This document shows positions 39,486-48,140 of a stretch of 64,000 nt of DNA, in pieces; position 1 is the stretch's first letter, and the number at the start of each line of letters is the position of its first letter. Source of the stretch: an uncultured Gammaproteobacteria bacterium (GTDB lineage Bacteria > Patescibacteriota > Patescibacteriia > JACRDY01). The notes under the pieces are model-generated. The model worked only from the letters and a program-made list of their open reading frames with translations, made no database searches and had not been told where the DNA came from. The stretch is taken from contig CAZJZH010000001.1 in NCBI GenBank assembly GCA_964550465.1, positions 107 to 64,106 of the forward strand, written 5' to 3'. Position numbers and translations under genes: made by a program.

Positions 39486-40636
39486 GTAGCGCCATCTACA
39501 AGTTTCGCTGGTGGCTTTTGATAGCCCTACTACTTGCTGGCACTACCATAGCCCTACAGTACGTCGTGTCTTTTTCCAACGACCAAAATATCGCTGTTGC
39601 TCGCGTTCAATCGATCGTAGCAGAGGAAGCACAGCCTGGTATTATAAACGACGCCCAACGAGTTACTCAAACCGTTACCTTAACATTCAACACTGGTCCA
39701 CTAGCTGGTCAACAAGTGACTACTACACACGCCTATGAAACGGCTGGACCATACATTTTTATTGGTCCATTGCAGCAGAACGATTGGGTCGTGACACAAA
39801 TCAACCTCAAAACCCTGACTGGAGAGCCTTTGGTTATTGTGGTCACGCGTCTATTCTTGCTACCACTTATTCCCCTACTAGCATTATTTCTAGGGATTAT
39901 AATTTTGGTTGGACAAAAAAAGGGCTTTTTAACACTGATTAGCCTAGTGATATCAGGCTTACTCTTATTTGGCGCCGTCATACCGCTAGTCACTAAAGCT
40001 GGCTGGAACCCTATCAGCGCCATATTAGTTATCGCCGTCCCAATGACGGTTATTGATGTGTTGGTTGTTGTGGGTTGGAACAAAAAAAGCTTGGCTGCAA
40101 GTATTGGTATGCTAACAGCAGTGTTCATAACCTTTTTACTGTCCACTGGATTTGCCGCTCTAATGAAAGTACCTGGTGAGCTGGCCAACGAAGATGCTTC
40201 CCTATACTATCAAATGCCAGAAATTACCGCCGTGTCTGTTTTTTTGGCTGGGATTTTACTTGGCGCTATTGGCGCTGTTAACGATATCGCTGTATCAATT
40301 GCTGCAGCCGTTCAAGAAGTGAAGTATGTGAAGCCATCTGCAACTATAGAAGAATTGTGGTCCTCCGGCATGCGTGTAGGTAGAGATATTATCGGCACTA
40401 TGACTAATACGCTTATATTCGCTTATGTTGGGACATCACTGGTAGTGTGGCTCAGCTATGGCCAAGGAGATTATTCGCCATTTCTAGCGCTTAACGTTGC
40501 CTCCGTCAGTGAAGAACTACTCCGTTCCCTATCTAGCACTATCGGTCTGGCGGTAGCGGTGCCGGTCACTGCCTGGGCCAGCGCCTATTTGTATACCAAA
40601 AAAAAGATCGCTCCTAAAGAATCCTCCTCCACATGA
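39449..40636 (+). CDS. YibE/F family membrane protein
   Basis: G.KG..TL.SL, AGILLGAIGAVNDIAVSIA, GMRVGRDIIGTMTNTLIFAYVG; start uncertain. Confidence 0.9.
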   Translation: MRERGRSNRDRVSSAIYKFRWWLLIALLLAGTTIALQYVVSFSNDQNIAVARVQSIVAEEAQPGIINDAQRVTQTVTLTFNTGPLAGQQVTTTHAYETAGPYIFIGPLQQNDWVVTQINLKTLTGEPLVIVVTRLFLLPLIPLLALFLGIIILVGQKKGFLTLISLVISGLLLFGAVIPLVTKAGWNPISAILVIAVPMTVIDVLVVVGWNKKSLAASIGMLTAVFITFLLSTGFAALMKVPGELANEDASLYYQMPEITAVSVFLAGILLGAIGAVNDIAVSIAAAVQEVKYVKPSATIEELWSSGMRVGRDIIGTMTNTLIFAYVGTSLVVWLSYGQGDYSPFLALNVASVSEELLRSLSSTIGLAVAVPVTAWASAYLYTKKKIAPKESSST

Positions 40637-41979
40637 ACCGCTTACCTTTATTAATCTGTGGCAGCATTATTAGCATCATGTTGCTCATACCCACCCTGCC
40701 AGCTGCTGCCCAGGAAGGTGAGATGTGCTGTGCCTGTACCAGTTCAGTCGATGGCCGCTCGGCAGAGTTTTACCATGACCCATACGAAGACGCTGACTCA
40801 TCTGATGAAGACCCTTGCGCTCGCTTTGAAACTGACGACGCATCAACTGAAGATGGTTTCAATATTGCTTGCGAACTACTCAATGAAGCCTGCCCAACAG
40901 CTGGTGGTGGTGACATTGACGTGGTACCACCAACAGCCCAAGTTGACATTCCCGGTTTCAACGGCTTTACCGATGAATTAGAAATTTACGGCAGTGACAC
41001 GGAACGGTTTTACACCGTGCCCTGGTTAGCTGAGTATACCCGAGCTATTTATCAGTTCGGCGTCGGTGTAGCAGTAGCCCTGGCTATTATCGTCATTATC
41101 GTTGCCGGCTTTACTTGGATGACGGCCGGCGGCAACGCTGACGCAGTCGGTCGGGCTAAAACAACTATTGTCGGAGCGGTCACTGGGCTGATTTTAGCGG
41201 TGGGCAGCTACTCTATTCTCTTTTTAGTTAACCCAAACATTGTCAACCTGACTCCGGTAGTAGTGCCAGCAGTCAATAAAACCGAACTCAATATTACCAC
41301 TATTCCGGAAGGGGTCTACACGCAGATCACCGGCAAAGCCCTCATTCGTCCCTTTGGCCCAGAAATGGAAGCGATGATGCGAACCGTAGCTGAAAAAAAT
41401 GACCATATTGATTTTTGTACGCTGCAGGCAATTTTACAGAAAGAATCCGGTGGAAATGCTAACGCCGTCGGGCATGACGAAGATGCGCCGGTGTCTGGTG
41501 TCTCCGCTCGGACAAATTTTATTAGCTCTGGCAAATACCACTCCGGCCGGAATTTTACCCCCAACGCTACCCTCAAAACTGATAGAAGCTTTGTTAATGA
41601 TGACAAAACCTGCACCACACAACTAAGTGTCAGCGAAGGTGGCTGTTCTGACCCTGACACTTTAAACCTCGACTGGCGCTATTCACACGGCATTGGCCTG
41701 GGGCAAATCACCATTTTCCCTGGCCGTTTCTGCAGTAGTAAGCCCAGTATTCAAATTGGTAGCACCTGTTATACCGTACCAATGCTACTTGATCCAGAAC
41801 AGCAGTTCCAAGCCGTGGCCGATCTATGGAAAACAAAGTGCTCTGGCGAAACCGTCAAAAAATGCTTTAAAAATTATGCCGGTAGTGGCAGCTGGGCTGA
41901 AGCTACCGCTACTCAAAAAATGGCCGTCTACCAGAAATGTGTCGGTGATGGTTTAAATAAAACGACAAACAGTGAATAA
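40633..41979 (+). CDS. VirB2/T4SS-pilin module + lytic transglycosylase (SLT-like) domain
   Basis: Same pilin module; LQAILQKESGGN (catalytic Glu), GIGLGQI, YAGSG. Confidence 0.8.
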   Translation: MNRLPLLICGSIISIMLLIPTLPAAAQEGEMCCACTSSVDGRSAEFYHDPYEDADSSDEDPCARFETDDASTEDGFNIACELLNEACPTAGGGDIDVVPPTAQVDIPGFNGFTDELEIYGSDTERFYTVPWLAEYTRAIYQFGVGVAVALAIIVIIVAGFTWMTAGGNADAVGRAKTTIVGAVTGLILAVGSYSILFLVNPNIVNLTPVVVPAVNKTELNITTIPEGVYTQITGKALIRPFGPEMEAMMRTVAEKNDHIDFCTLQAILQKESGGNANAVGHDEDAPVSGVSARTNFISSGKYHSGRNFTPNATLKTDRSFVNDDKTCTTQLSVSEGGCSDPDTLNLDWRYSHGIGLGQITIFPGRFCSSKPSIQIGSTCYTVPMLLDPEQQFQAVADLWKTKCSGETVKKCFKNYAGSGSWAEATATQKMAVYQKCVGDGLNKTTNSE

Positions 41980-42561
41980 ATGCGCCTACTCCCCGCCTCA
42001 TTTTTCGCCCAACCCACCCGCCGAGTAGCTCGTCAGCTGCTCGGCTGTGTCTTGTTTCACCGCCAGGCTGACCAGCTCTACAGCGGCATTATCACAGAAA
42101 CAGAAGCCTACTGCGGGCCGCATGACACCGCCTCACACGCCAGTCGTGGTCGCACCCGACGGACCGAAGTGATGTTTGGTCCGCCGGGCCACACCTATGT
42201 CTACCTGATTTATGGTATGTACCACTGCCTCAATGTAGTGACAGAAAAAACCGACTACCCTGCGGCTGTATTAATCCGAGGCATCCAGGCGTTTGAACCT
42301 ATTGCCGCCACGCAACGGTGGCAGTATGACCAAGCCACTCCTCTGCCACCCAAGCTGGCTAACGGCCCCGGCAAGCTGTGCCGCTATATGGATATCACCA
42401 CACAGCACAACAACCAGCTGCTAAGCAAAGCTAATGGCCTATGGATTGCTAACGCGCACATCAAGCCAAAAATGATTACCACTGCGCCACGAGTGGGTAT
42501 TGATTACGCCGGAGCGTATACGGATAAGCCGTGGCGCTATATCGCGACGGATTTTAAGTAA
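41980..42561 (+). CDS. mpg: DNA-3-methyladenine glycosylase (AAG/MPG family)
   Basis: ARQLLG, ITETEAY, MFGPPG..YVYLIYGMYHCLNVV, GPGKLC, PRVGI, PWR. Confidence 0.95.
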   Translation: MRLLPASFFAQPTRRVARQLLGCVLFHRQADQLYSGIITETEAYCGPHDTASHASRGRTRRTEVMFGPPGHTYVYLIYGMYHCLNVVTEKTDYPAAVLIRGIQAFEPIAATQRWQYDQATPLPPKLANGPGKLCRYMDITTQHNNQLLSKANGLWIANAHIKPKMITTAPRVGIDYAGAYTDKPWRYIATDFK

Positions 42562-42564
42562 TAG

Positions 42565-42595
42565 AAAAGCCGCCCCCTGTCGGGAGGGGACGGCT
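42565..42595 (-). terminator. Intrinsic terminator
   Basis: Minus strand AGCCGTCCCCT...AGGGGGCGGCT-TTT. Confidence 0.7.
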
Positions 42596-42739
42596 GTGGG
42601 TGTCGTGCCTAATGTACAACGATTCCAAGCTATGAGTAGCTGAGGTGGGAGAATCATTGTCAACACGACCGGGACTTCGTGTGTGCCGCGTACTCAGGTA
42701 TGCACATTTGACATACCTCAATACATTTAAATAGGCAAA

Positions 42740-43210
42740 TTATGCCAATGTCGGCATCGGCCGCTGTTGTACCGCCAAGAACTGCGCTCGCGTCATCGGT
42801 TGGCGCTGATCAGCAACTCGACAATGTTGCTCCATGAACCGCTGCAACGCCTGCGGCCCTTTCCGCAAAACATCTGCGGGGATTTTTTTGCCCGTTGGCG
42901 TCTTGAGCTGACTGGCTCGCAGAGTCATCATGCGAGGCGATTGGCTGCTGTGTTGGTGTGATGCCACATGCACCAACTCCAACCGGACATGACAATCACC
43001 TTGGCCGTTACATTTGACGTTGATTGGCCTCGCTAGCGTGCCGATATTGTCGATTTGCACACGCAGTGGTGACGGATTGATAAACATGACGATGTCTGCC
43101 CCTACCGCATTCGGATTCGCTGCCATTTTGTGGCTACCTGTACCTTTCACTGTGTTGGTTAAAGAACTCATGCCCCTATTTTTGTAGATGGCAAACTGAA
43201 CCGTTACCAT
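42740..43210 (-). CDS. Hypothetical protein (orphan)
   Basis: ORF with AAGGAAGGAGG before ATG 43210 (alternative start 43126); upstream TTGACG-18-TAGAAT at 43269-43298. Confidence 0.5.
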   Translation of the reverse strand: MVTVQFAIYKNRGMSSLTNTVKGTGSHKMAANPNAVGADIVMFINPSPLRVQIDNIGTLARPINVKCNGQGDCHVRLELVHVASHQHSSQSPRMMTLRASQLKTPTGKKIPADVLRKGPQALQRFMEQHCRVADQRQPMTRAQFLAVQQRPMPTLA

Positions 43211-43300
43211 ACCTCCTTCCTTCGTCCGGTCAGTGGTCAACTATCTACACCACAGGTGCATAAGATATATTCTATCACCGCTGCGCCATGATCGTCAATA

Positions 43301-45373
43301 TTACTCTAAATGTATCCCCGCCTGATGACGGCAGCGTTGTTGGAGCGCTAAGTGATTATCTAAATTTGGGTCTTTTTTGAGGATCTTTTGAGCCCACTGA
43401 GCGGCTCGCTTGATATTTTGCACATCAAACAAATTAGCTGCGACAAATGATGGTACACCGCTCTGAGCTGTGCCAAACACCTCACCGGGTCCACGGAGTG
43501 ACAGATCTTTTTCAGCTAGAGCAAAGCCATCTGTACTCTCAACCAGTGCCAACAGCCGGTCAATGCTGGTCTGTGTATCTGTTTCTGTCAGCAGGTAACA
43601 GTAACCGGGGTGCTGTCCCCGCCCGACTCGGCCCCGGAACTGGTGCAACTGCGCTAAACCAAACCGCTCCGCACTTTCGATCATCATGATGGTAGCATTA
43701 GGCACATTAACCCCCACCTCAATCACCGACGTACTGACCAATATATCAACCTGTCCTGTTACAAATGATTCCATCACTGCTTCCTTATCCACCTGCTTCA
43801 TCCGGCCATGCAACAATGCTACGCGCGCCTGGGGGAAAATATTTTGCTGTACATCATCATATACCTCAGTAGCTGAACGAGCGCTGAGGGACTGTGAGCC
43901 CTCAATTAACGGACAGACCACAAAGACTTGCCGGCCATCAGCAATCTGCTGCTTGATGTGCTGATAACAGGCCGCTCGCTGCTCAGGCAGCACTAAGCTG
44001 GTCTGGACTGGCTGGCGACCGGGTGGCAGTTGATTGATAACAGACAGGTCCAAATCTCCGTACAGCGTCAGCGCCAGTGAACGCGGGATAGGTGTGGCAG
44101 TCATAGACAGAAAGTGCGGAATGGTCGCTTGATCACCGGAGTTTTGCTGTAAGGCTTGGCGCTGAGCCACACCGAAACGGTGCTGCTCATCGACAATAGC
44201 TAGCACCAAATTTTTGAAAGTCACTTTTTCTTGAATCAAAGCATGGGTGCCAATGGCTACATCAATCCGCCCTGCTGCTAATTGTTTCACCGCTACGGCC
44301 GGCTTAACTATTTCATCATCAACCAGCACCTGCTTACCGGTCAGCAGCGCTATCCGCACACCATGAGAAGCTAATAAATCTACAAAGGTAGTGTAGTGCT
44401 GCTTAGCTAAAATATCTGTCGGTACCATCAGGGCTACTTGATGGCCGGTAGTGACTGTATTGAGTACGGCTAGTGCGGCCACCAAGGTCTTGCCACTGCC
44501 AACATCCCCTTCCAGCAGCCGATTCATCGGCTGGGCTTGCTCTAGGTCTTTTAAAATATCCCAGGCACTCTGACGCTGCGCATCGGTCAATCTAAACGGC
44601 AGTGCGGCGACAAACTGTTTAATAATCTTTTCTTGAAATGGCACGGCAATGGCCTGTTGCGCGGCCAGCTGCTGTCGCGCTTGTTGATTGCGCACCTGGA
44701 CTACCAGGAAAGCTTCAAACCGAAAGCGTTGTCGAGCCAAGTCGAGCTGCTCGGTATCTGCGGGAAAGTGGACTGTTTCCAGTGCTTCAGCAATAACCGG
44801 AAAGCTATATGCCTGCAGCGCAGCCGGTGGAATGATATCCGCTGCGGTAGCGGCGGCTGGCAACGCCTGCTTGATCAAAAATCGCAACTGCTTGGTGGTC
44901 AGACCTTTGGTAGTAGCGTAAATAGGAATCAATCGGCCGGTATGGGTCGATCCGGTAACCGCAGTGCTAGCGGTTACTTTTTCGTAATTGGGACTAGCCA
45001 TAGTCAGCCGCTGCTTACCACTGACCTTACCCGCTACCATCAGCTCATCACCGGGCTGGATGACTTTGGCAATATGGACTTGGTTAAACCACAACAATCG
45101 AATCTGACCGGTGTCATCTGACAACAACACCTCAATCATCCGGACGCGGCGGCCCCATGGTCGCATGGTCCGCACACTGTCTACCACTCCCCTGACAGTC
45201 ACCGTTTGTCCCGGCTGTAATTGATCAATCGTCACCTGCTGGGAAAAATCATCATAGCGAAAGGGAAAGTGATATAACAAATCACCAATGGTGTTGATAC
45301 CTAGGCGCTGCAGTTGCGGGGTTAATTTTTTGGCCATGGCATGGACCTGGCTGACCGGTTGATCAATCCGCAT
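43301..45373 (-). CDS. recG: ATP-dependent DNA helicase RecG
   Basis: Wedge/OB domain, GDVGSGKT, DEQHRFG, MTATPIPRSL, QLHQFRGRVGRG, DGF.LAE.DL.LRGPGE. Confidence 0.97.
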   Translation of the reverse strand: MRIDQPVSQVHAMAKKLTPQLQRLGINTIGDLLYHFPFRYDDFSQQVTIDQLQPGQTVTVRGVVDSVRTMRPWGRRVRMIEVLLSDDTGQIRLLWFNQVHIAKVIQPGDELMVAGKVSGKQRLTMASPNYEKVTASTAVTGSTHTGRLIPIYATTKGLTTKQLRFLIKQALPAAATAADIIPPAALQAYSFPVIAEALETVHFPADTEQLDLARQRFRFEAFLVVQVRNQQARQQLAAQQAIAVPFQEKIIKQFVAALPFRLTDAQRQSAWDILKDLEQAQPMNRLLEGDVGSGKTLVAALAVLNTVTTGHQVALMVPTDILAKQHYTTFVDLLASHGVRIALLTGKQVLVDDEIVKPAVAVKQLAAGRIDVAIGTHALIQEKVTFKNLVLAIVDEQHRFGVAQRQALQQNSGDQATIPHFLSMTATPIPRSLALTLYGDLDLSVINQLPPGRQPVQTSLVLPEQRAACYQHIKQQIADGRQVFVVCPLIEGSQSLSARSATEVYDDVQQNIFPQARVALLHGRMKQVDKEAVMESFVTGQVDILVSTSVIEVGVNVPNATIMMIESAERFGLAQLHQFRGRVGRGQHPGYCYLLTETDTQTSIDRLLALVESTDGFALAEKDLSLRGPGEVFGTAQSGVPSFVAANLFDVQNIKRAAQWAQKILKKDPNLDNHLALQQRCRHQAGIHLE

Positions 45374-45427
45374 GATGACTTGCTACAAATAACACCAGGC
45401 ACCAACTGGTGACTGAGAAACAAAAAA

Positions 45428-45500
45428 CGCGCTTGGCAGGACTCGAACCTGCAACCCCCACCTCCGCAAGGTGATGCTCTATCCATTGAGCTACAAGCGC
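45428..45500 (-). tRNA. tRNA-Arg(GCG)
   Basis: GCGCTTG acceptor, TAGCTCAATGGATAGAGC D arm, anticodon loop TT-GCG-GA, GGTTCGAGTCC T arm; CCA not encoded. Confidence 0.93.
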
Positions 45501-45546
45501 ATGATTGCGCTTGGTACAGTACCACAGCCGCTGGAGATTGTCTAGG

Positions 45547-46026
45547 CTAGATCTTAAACACCCGCTCAAGCACGCTGGACAGTGGCTCATCCGTTTTGTC
45601 CAAATCTTCATCAAGGTAATCAAGCAAGATACTGCGGATAGCTATCGGGTCCTGATCAGCTAAGTCAATTTTCAATCGAGCGTGCAGTATACCCCCAGTA
45701 TGGACATACAAATCAGTTACCTCTGGTGGTTCGTAGATAATATAAAAATCCCGCAACTCGTCCCAGTCATAAAACTTATCCGCTAACCGTAGGCCGTTCT
45801 CATAGAAGGCGACAGCAATCATCTCTGGCTGTTCATGGCGGCGTAAATAAAACACCACCCCAGCCAGTAGGATAATGACCGCAAAGAGAAAGTTAGCCGT
45901 AAACAAGGCGTACAGCAAAAACAGCACCGCGGCCGCCATAGCAACCGTATACCAAAACTGTCCTCGGTCTTCTCGCGTAAACTCAGGAAATTGCCATTCG
46001 GCTAATTTTTCACCATATTGAGCCAT
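45547..46026 (-). CDS. Conserved CPR-type membrane protein (2 TM + soluble domain), hypothetical
   Basis: W.FPEF...R...WY, two TM helices, Y.W.EL..F.I motif. Confidence 0.8.
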   Translation of the reverse strand: MAQYGEKLAEWQFPEFTREDRGQFWYTVAMAAAVLFLLYALFTANFLFAVIILLAGVVFYLRRHEQPEMIAVAFYENGLRLADKFYDWDELRDFYIIYEPPEVTDLYVHTGGILHARLKIDLADQDPIAIRSILLDYLDEDLDKTDEPLSSVLERVFKI

Positions 46027-46059
46027 ATACTCGTGTTATTTCTAGGCAGTATATATTGA

Positions 46060-46088
46060 TTGACAGCCTATTCTTACCATAGTATACT
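46060..46088 (+). promoter_or_regulatory. Sigma70 promoter of the tRNA-Ser locus
   Basis: TTGACA-17 nt-TATACT. Confidence 0.8.
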
Positions 46089-46117
46089 ACAATCCGATTT
46101 GTTCGTCCAAACTGAAT

Positions 46118-46204
46118 GGAGAGGTGGCTGCCCGCGACATGACTGGCGGAGCCAGTCTGTGCGGGTCCGACCACTGCGCCGCAGGCGCAGATGGGCGGAA
46201 GTGG
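46118..46204 (+). repeat. Repeat copy 1: tRNA-Ser 5' end (18 nt) split by a 69-nt palindromic insert
   Basis: GGAGAGGTGGCTG + insert 46131-46199 + AGTGG; 86/87 identical to 46441-46527. Confidence 0.9.
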
Positions 46205-46226
46205 TACTATACAAAATAACAACTAC

Positions 46227-46316
<90 letters not shown>

Positions 46317-46340
46317 AATTTGCTCATAAGCAAATTTGGC

Positions 46341-46429
46341 AGATTAAGGATTAAGATTTAGGATTAAGGGTATGTATTTGTCTTGAGTAAAAGCAAATCT
46401 CCTTAATACTCAACCTTAATCCTACGTCT
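46341..46429. repeat. Degenerate heptamer repeats in inverted arrangement
   Basis: AGATTAA GGATTAA GATTTA GGATTAA GG opposite CCTTAATAC..CCTTAATCC, able to form a long hairpin. Confidence 0.55.
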
Positions 46430-46440
46430 GATAACAATAC

Positions 46441-46527
46441 GGAGAGGTAGCTGCCCGCGACATGACTGGCGGAGCCAGTCTGTGCGGGTCCGACCACTGC
46501 GCCGCAGGCGCAGATGGGCGGAAGTGG
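46441..46527 (+). repeat. Repeat copy 2: tRNA-Ser 5' end split by the 69-nt palindromic insert
   Basis: GGAGAGGTAGCTG + identical insert + AGTGG. Confidence 0.9.
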
Positions 46528-46594
46528 AAAAGCACATTAACAATTACGACTATTTTCTTTTTTGCTTAACTAGTTGCTATACAGTACATCCACT

Positions 46595-46849
46595 ATGTAC
46601 TATGTATACATCCTAAAAAGTAAGCGGAACGGGAAATTCTACATTGGGCTAACTTGCAATCTACCTCGACGAGTATGGCAACACAATAACGCTCATACCA
46701 AATCAACACTACACGGTATTCCTTGGCAAGTTGTGTATTACGAGGCATATTGCGATAAAAATTTAGCAAGTAAAACTGAATCATTTTACAAAACAAGTCA
46801 AGGTAGAAGGCAAATTAAAAAGAAGTTGCGATTACAAAATAACGATTAA
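46595..46849 (+). CDS. Small GIY-YIG nuclease family protein, 84 aa
   Basis: YYVYIL...FYIG.T.NL.RR..QHN, PW.VVYYE, A...E..YK...GR; AT-rich; stop codon abuts tRNA-Ser(GCT). Confidence 0.9.
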   Translation: MYYVYILKSKRNGKFYIGLTCNLPRRVWQHNNAHTKSTLHGIPWQVVYYEAYCDKNLASKTESFYKTSQGRRQIKKKLRLQNND

Positions 46850-46943
46850 GGAGAGGTGGCTGAGTGGTTGAAAGCGGCGGATTGCTAATCCGTTATAGGG
46901 GTATATGCTCCTATCGAGGGTTCGAATCCCTCCCTCTCCGCCA
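46850..46943 (+). tRNA. tRNA-Ser(GCT)
   Basis: GGAGAGG acceptor, anticodon loop TT-GCT-AA, long variable arm, GGTTCGAATCC, GCCA end. Confidence 0.96.
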
Positions 46944-46970
46944 GTTCATCTCCGCGATGCGGAGTGAACT

Positions 46971-47007
46971 GGTCCGACCACTGCGCCACAGGCGCAGATG
47001 GGCGGAA
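46971..47007 (+). repeat. Partial third copy of the palindromic insert (second hairpin module)
   Basis: GGTCCGACCACTGCGCCACAGGCGCAGATGGGCGGAA; one loop mismatch versus copies 1 and 2. Confidence 0.9.
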
Positions 47008-47121
47008 TGTGTAGAAACTTTTGTTGCTATTAATAATCTACTGACTACGTACAGGCGAACTTCTGTATGTGGCGAAGGGATTCGAAGGGCAGCAGCGATA
47101 TTCTTTTTTCTATATTACAAT

Positions 47122-47154
47122 AAAAAACAGCTCGCCTGAGCGAGCTGTTTTTTT
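47122..47154. terminator. Bidirectional intrinsic terminator
   Basis: AAAAAACAGCTCGC-ctga-GCGAGCTGTTTTTTT. Confidence 0.88.
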
Positions 47155-47177
47155 GTTTGTGAGAGGCTGCGTACTCA

Positions 47178-47408
47178 TCATTCACCATCAATCAGTGGAT
47201 ACTGTTGTACTGCTGATCGCCGCTTAGCTGAGTCGGAGAATTCCCCCTTCATCGCCTTTGTAACCCGCTGCCGCTCTGTCACAGTACGGTTCGCATCAAC
47301 CGTGAACCAGGTGAAACAGTCTGGATTATCGCACACCACCAGAGTACCAGCACTCGTACCCGCAGCCGCTTGGCGTAGAGCACCTGTTTGACACTTTGTA
47401 CACTGCAT
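47178..47408 (-). CDS. Small zinc-ribbon protein, hypothetical
   Basis: AGGAGG SD; CTKC ... CDNPDC. Confidence 0.7.
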   Translation of the reverse strand: MQCTKCQTGALRQAAAGTSAGTLVVCDNPDCFTWFTVDANRTVTERQRVTKAMKGEFSDSAKRRSAVQQYPLIDGE

Positions 47409-47501
47409 TCTTTCCTCCTAACTAAGGTGATATATCCCTATTTAGACAAAAGACACGTCTGTTGTCAATACCTTTATCTATACATGAATCATACGGTAAC
47501 T

Positions 47502-47533
47502 AAAAACGATTCGCCGCGGCGAATCGTTTTTTT
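47502..47533. terminator. Intrinsic terminator downstream of SOD
   Basis: AAAAACGATTCGCC-gc-GGCGAATCGTTTTTTT. Confidence 0.85.
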
Positions 47534-47541
47534 ATATTCTC

Positions 47542-48126
47542 TTACGGTAGCAGCGTACAAACTTGCCACCAGGCGTCGATATAATCCGGTCGCTTGTTCT
47601 GATATTTGAGGTAATAGGCATGCTCCCCAAAAACTAAGCCAATGACTGGCTGGTGTACCAGCAAATACGGTGAGTCATGATTGGGGTTAATGTACACAGT
47701 CAGCTGCCCCTGAGCATCCCGCGCCAACCAAGCCCAACCACTGCCAAAGCGACCAGCAGCTGCAGCCACAAATTGTTCTTTAAAGGTATCTACAGAACCA
47801 AAGGTTTTTTTAATCTCTGCTACCAGCTGTTCATCCACCTGCTTGTCTGGCCCCATAATCTGCCAGAAGAAGCTGTGATTGACCGCTCCCCCGCCGTTAT
47901 TACGCAGCGAGGTTTTGTCCGCCTCATCCATCTGCAAGCTATCAAACTGCTGCAACAACTCCTCGACTGACTGCTCAGCCAGATCGGGATATTTTTCTAG
48001 AGTGGCATTAAGTTTGGTGATATAGCCGTTGTGATGCTTAGTATGGTGGATTTCCATGGTCTGAGCATCGATGTGTGGCTCTAGAGCATCGTAAGCGTAT
48101 GGCAGCTGTGGTAGTTCGTAGGGCAT
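47542..48126 (-). CDS. Superoxide dismutase (Mn/Fe family); C-terminal metal motif altered
   Basis: LPYAYDALEPHID..TM.IHH.KHH, NGGG..NH.FFW, FGSGWAWL, EHAYYLKYQN; expected DVWEH reads VFGEH. Confidence 0.9.
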   Translation of the reverse strand: MPYELPQLPYAYDALEPHIDAQTMEIHHTKHHNGYITKLNATLEKYPDLAEQSVEELLQQFDSLQMDEADKTSLRNNGGGAVNHSFFWQIMGPDKQVDEQLVAEIKKTFGSVDTFKEQFVAAAAGRFGSGWAWLARDAQGQLTVYINPNHDSPYLLVHQPVIGLVFGEHAYYLKYQNKRPDYIDAWWQVCTLLP

Positions 48127-48140
48127 AGTATGGGTCATTA

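Noticed and set aside
37003-41979. Diversity-generating retroelement (TR/VR pair)
   Set aside because: The repeated blocks differ mainly at synonymous positions, not specifically at adenines, and no reverse transcriptase is present.
42670-42720. Hammerhead ribozyme or retron msr-msd
   Set aside because: The CUGANGA and GAAA cores are not properly present, and there is no reverse transcriptase nearby.
46441-46943. tRNA with a group I intron encoding a GIY-YIG homing endonuclease
   Set aside because: The downstream tRNA is already complete, the interruption is in the D-loop, and no group I core elements were recognised.
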